Sequence record: DRR378314_461
Direction: 5' to 3' (one strand)
DNA: 54,666 nucleotides
Shown: positions 51,474-54,666 of the stretch, piece after piece
Position numbering within the stretch: position 1 is the first letter of the stretch
How the letters are laid out: each line of letters opens with the position of its first letter
The notes under the pieces: generated by a model
The model's input: the letters and a program-made list of their open reading frames with translations, nothing else
What the model was told of the DNA's origin: nothing
Databases searched by the model: none
Program-made: the position numbers and the translations under genes

Positions 51474-52357
51474 TTGGTTTTTTTGGGATTTCACCAGAGT
51501 TACAACTGGAAAAAGACGCGTCCAGTCGATATCTGCCCGTTGTCATTGCCACGATGGTTTTTCTCGCCTCTCTTTCATTGATCGGGCTGTTTTCCATCCA
51601 TGCCGCAGTCAGCAACTGGTCGGCTGCCGTCAGCGGCAATCTGACGGTTGAGATTGCCTATGACGAAGATGTAGATCTGGACGCCAAAATGGACAAAGCC
51701 GTTTTGTTTCTGAAAGATTTCCCGGGAATTGAAAGTGTCAGACCGTTGAGCCTTGACGAAACGGCACAATTGCTGGCCCCTTATCTGGGGCGCGCGGATG
51801 TGATCAAAAAACTTCCCCTGCCAAGACTGATCGAGGTGACAATCGCCGAAGGGGGATCCGTTGACCTGCTGGCAACTGCAAAATCACTGTCATCTGCCGT
51901 ACCGGGCGCCCTTTTGAACACACATCGTCCCTGGCTGGATAAAATGATCCTGCTGGCCCGAAGTGTCCAAACCATTGCCGCCGCAATCATGCTGCTGATC
52001 AGCATTGTCACCGTTATCATTTTGGTATTTGCCGCGCGAACCAGCATGGTCATGCATCACGATATTATTGAGGTTTTGCACCTGATCGGTGCGAAAGATG
52101 GATATATTGCCCGCCAGTTCCAGAATTATTTTGCCAAACTCAGCCTTTATGGTGCCGTGCCCGGCCTGATTATTGCCGTCATTATTATGCAAATCGTAGC
52201 GTATCTGGCAGATCGCCTGGAAGCCGGATTAATCACCCCGCCAGAACTCCCGCTGGAAGGCTGGATCAGTCTGGCAATGGTCCCGGTGCTTGTAACCCTA
52301 TTGACGACGGTAACAGTCCGGATCATTGTTCTGACGAGTTTAAAACGGATGATGTAG
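51470..52357 (+). CDS. ftsX: Cell division permease FtsX
   Basis: 4 TMs plus periplasmic loop, IEVLHLIGA.D.YIA.QF; GTGA overlap with ftsE. Confidence 0.92.
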   Translation: MIGFFGISPELQLEKDASSRYLPVVIATMVFLASLSLIGLFSIHAAVSNWSAAVSGNLTVEIAYDEDVDLDAKMDKAVLFLKDFPGIESVRPLSLDETAQLLAPYLGRADVIKKLPLPRLIEVTIAEGGSVDLLATAKSLSSAVPGALLNTHRPWLDKMILLARSVQTIAAAIMLLISIVTVIILVFAARTSMVMHHDIIEVLHLIGAKDGYIARQFQNYFAKLSLYGAVPGLIIAVIIMQIVAYLADRLEAGLITPPELPLEGWISLAMVPVLVTLLTTVTVRIIVLTSLKRMM

Positions 52358-52358
52358 A

Positions 52359-52907
52359 GTGTTAGTGATCCTGGACAGAGATGGCGTCATAAATGAAGAC
52401 CGCAGCGATTTCGTCAAAACGCCGGATGAACTGGTCATTATTGAGGGTGCGTTGAGCGCGATTGCCCGCCTCAACAAAAGCGGACATCAGGTGGTGATCG
52501 CCACCAACCAGTCCTGCATTGGGCGCGGGATTATTACAACCGACAGGCTGGAGGTTATTCATCAGAAACTGACCGGCAGCTTAAAAGCTGCTGGCGGGTG
52601 GATAGATCGATTTTTTTTCGCCCCCGACGCCCCCTGGGAGGCGACCAACATGCGCAAACCCGGTGATGGGATGATTAAGGCCGCGCTCGCGCAATTTGGC
52701 GGATCGGGATCCACGACCGTGGTCATTGGAGACAGCCTGAGGGACCTGCAAGCAGCGAGCACAGCCCATTGCCATCGATGCCTGGTGCAAACCGGCAAGG
52801 GCCTGAAAACCCAGAAAGAAGGCCTGCCTGCTGACATCCTGCCCGTTGCTGTCGCCTCTTCCCTCACACAAGCTGTTGATTTCATTGATGCGGGGCGATT
52901 TAAATGA
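52359..52907 (+). CDS. gmhB: HAD-family heptose 1,7-bisphosphate phosphatase-like protein
   Basis: LDRDGVIN, ATNQS, RKP..GM, IGDSLRD, TGKG. Confidence 0.85.
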   Translation: MLVILDRDGVINEDRSDFVKTPDELVIIEGALSAIARLNKSGHQVVIATNQSCIGRGIITTDRLEVIHQKLTGSLKAAGGWIDRFFFAPDAPWEATNMRKPGDGMIKAALAQFGGSGSTTVVIGDSLRDLQAASTAHCHRCLVQTGKGLKTQKEGLPADILPVAVASSLTQAVDFIDAGRFK

Positions 52908-53512
52908 CCGGGCGATTTGGCGTCATTTTCAAATTGCTAGCCTTGCTGTTTTTTATGTGGCTGGGCGGGTTCATCACATATGCCGTGGAAGTCTCTACAC
53001 CAGCGTCAACGAGCGTCAAATCTGCGGATGGTATTGTCATTTTAACGGGAACCCCGGCCCGCCTGAAGGTTGGTTTGGATCTGCTTCGGGAAGGCGCCGC
53101 AAAACGCGTTCTAATTAGCGGCGTCAATCGGCAGATTAGCAGCGAAACCCTGCGCATTGCCATGGGTGAAAGCCAGAAAATAATGGATTGCTGTGTCGAT
53201 TTGGGCCGCTCCGCCAAGGATACGGTTGGTAACGCATTTGAAGCGTCCATCTGGGTGGAAGAGCATGGATTTGAAAGCCTGCTGGTTGTCACCAGTGCCT
53301 ATCACATGCCTCGCAGCCTGGTTGAATTCAAGCGGCAGATGCCAACAAAGCTCCTATTTACCTATCCGACGGAGAGTGAAAAGCTCCTAATTCAGCACTG
53401 GTGGCAAAAACCTTCCACAGCTCTTGTTCTGGTGTCAGAATTCAATAAATATGTGATCAGCCTGATCAGAGCCAATCTTGAACGCCTCGCTATGGCAGGA
53501 GACAATCCGTGA
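52904..53512 (+). CDS. YdcF/DUF218 family protein
   Basis: DGIVILTG, LISG, DT.GNA.E, VTSAYHMPRS, E..KY. Confidence 0.92.
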   Translation: MTGRFGVIFKLLALLFFMWLGGFITYAVEVSTPASTSVKSADGIVILTGTPARLKVGLDLLREGAAKRVLISGVNRQISSETLRIAMGESQKIMDCCVDLGRSAKDTVGNAFEASIWVEEHGFESLLVVTSAYHMPRSLVEFKRQMPTKLLFTYPTESEKLLIQHWWQKPSTALVLVSEFNKYVISLIRANLERLAMAGDNP

Positions 53513-54240
53513 TTCAAATCCGATCTACCATATTCTTTATCTGTTTCTGGATTTGGTCCGCCTTCATGAATCTGCTGTTCATTCCTTTTCTGGCATTGGA
53601 TAAATCCTGGATCGTGAAGGGGCAAGCCATCTGGACGAAGGGGATCATGGTCCTGATGCGCCTGATCTGTAACCTCAAAGTGGAGGTCAGAGGCAAAGAA
53701 TATCTTCCCGAAGGTCGATCTCTGCTTGCCTGCAAACATCAGTCAGCTTTTGAAACCATGGCCGTTCACTGGTTGTTTCCAGATCCCGCCGTCATCATGA
53801 AAAAAGAACTTCTGCGTATCCCCATTTACGGTTGGTACTGCCAAAAAACGAAGATGATTGCTGTTGATCGCAAAGGTCATGCTGCCGCTCTTAGAAGCAT
53901 GCTGGACCAGGCCAAAGCAGCGCTGCAGAACGAGCGTCAGATTGTCATTTTCCCGGAAGGGACCCGGACGGCAGTTGATGAGGCCGGAACCTATCAGCCT
54001 GGCATTGCTGCCCTTTACAGCAAACTCGATCAGCCGGTGACCCCTGTTGCCCTGAACACGGGATTATTCTGGCCCCGGAAAAAATTTATCTGCCGCCCCG
54101 GCACTATCGTTATCGAATTCCTGCCACCTATCGAAGCGGGCCTAAAACGCCCTGAGTTCGTATCCCGGCTGAAAACGGCAATTGATGAGAATACAACCAG
54201 ATTGGTTGAAGAAGCCCGTCAAGGACACCTTAGGTCCTAG
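53509..54240 (+). CDS. plsC: 1-acyl-sn-glycerol-3-phosphate acyltransferase
   Basis: KHQSAFE, KKEL, FPEGTR. Confidence 0.9.
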   Translation: MIQIRSTIFFICFWIWSAFMNLLFIPFLALDKSWIVKGQAIWTKGIMVLMRLICNLKVEVRGKEYLPEGRSLLACKHQSAFETMAVHWLFPDPAVIMKKELLRIPIYGWYCQKTKMIAVDRKGHAAALRSMLDQAKAALQNERQIVIFPEGTRTAVDEAGTYQPGIAALYSKLDQPVTPVALNTGLFWPRKKFICRPGTIVIEFLPPIEAGLKRPEFVSRLKTAIDENTTRLVEEARQGHLRS

Positions 54241-54265
54241 ACTTAAGTTTGTATCAAGTTCAGTT

Positions 54266-54281
54266 TTAACCTATAGTTAAC
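54266..54281 (+). promoter_or_regulatory. CtrA-type binding site upstream of nrdJ
   Basis: TTAA-cctatag-TTAAC is an exact TTAA-N7-TTAAC. Confidence 0.65.
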
Positions 54282-54315
54282 CATATAATCGGCACACCAA
54301 ACGGAAGAAGAGCTG

Positions 54316-54666
54316 ATGGCTGCACTTGCACCGATTTCAAAACAGATTTGGGATATGAAGTACCGTTTCCGGTCCGCTGACGGGACCTATGTCGAGGGTG
54401 CTGTCGAGGATACGTGGAAGCGAATTGCAAAGGCACTGGCAGTTCCAGAGGAAGATCCCGAGAAATGGGAAGACACCTTTTATGAAGCTTTGGAAGATTA
54501 CAAATTCCTTCCGGCCGGCCGTATAATTGCAGGTGCAGGCACCAAGCGGCGCGTCACCTTATTCAATTGTTTTGTCATGGGCACGGTCCCCGACAATATG
54601 GCCGGTATTTTCGACAACCTGAAGGAAGCCGCCGTTACCATGCAGCAGGGCGGCGGCATCGGCTAT
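54316..54666 (+). CDS. nrdJ: Adenosylcobalamin-dependent ribonucleotide reductase (class II), partial
   Basis: Manual translation MAALAPISKQIWDMKYRF...FLPAGRIIAGAGT.RRVTLFNCFVMG..PD...IF..LKEAA.TMQQGGGIGY; runs off the window. Confidence 0.92.
   Translation, partial: MAALAPISKQIWDMKYRFRSADGTYVEGAVEDTWKRIAKALAVPEEDPEKWEDTFYEALEDYKFLPAGRIIAGAGTKRRVTLFNCFVMGTVPDNMAGIFDNLKEAAVTMQQGGGIGY

Noticed and set aside
54279..54294. NrdR box candidate AACCATATAATCGGCA
   Set aside because: Several mismatches at conserved positions and no second copy

Overview
Core-chromosome segment of an alphaproteobacterium, judged from the SAM-II/SAM-alpha riboswitch, CtrA-type boxes, the zitP-ftsEX arrangement and ethylmalonyl-CoA pathway genes. 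It is densely packed with about 57 apparently intact CDSs and one tRNA-Leu(CAA). Left part: groESL (CIRCE + RpoH-type promoter), argS, an ECF41 sigma/AhpD-like pair, ggt, an adenylate cyclase, an unusual three-domain Nfu protein, a diguanylate cyclase, riboswitch-controlled metZ, ompA-like/apaG/folE, an RND pair and argD-argF-hslO. Middle: thiolase, hbd-etfAB-pduO and mcd-ccr-ecm. Right part: gluQRS, S41 peptidase-alkA-HNH, coq7-dsbB-yqaA, hpt/zitP/ftsEX-gmhB-ydcF-plsC and the start of nrdJ. I saw no mobile element, CRISPR array, prophage or defence island, and no clearly new multi-gene system. Best second-look items: (i) a chimeric Nfu protein whose first NifU domain has lost its CxxC; (ii) a 56-aa two-TM ORF missed by the ORF track; (iii) a SAM-II riboswitch with a visible strand-swap expression platform; (iv) CtrA-type boxes before nrdJ, a DGC and an S41 protease; (v) a shared GCAGCGC (PhaR-like) motif in the ccr/ecm and etfB promoters; (vi) a GmhB-like phosphatase lacking Zn ligands inside the ftsEX operon. 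All calls come from reading motifs by eye; no database searches were run.
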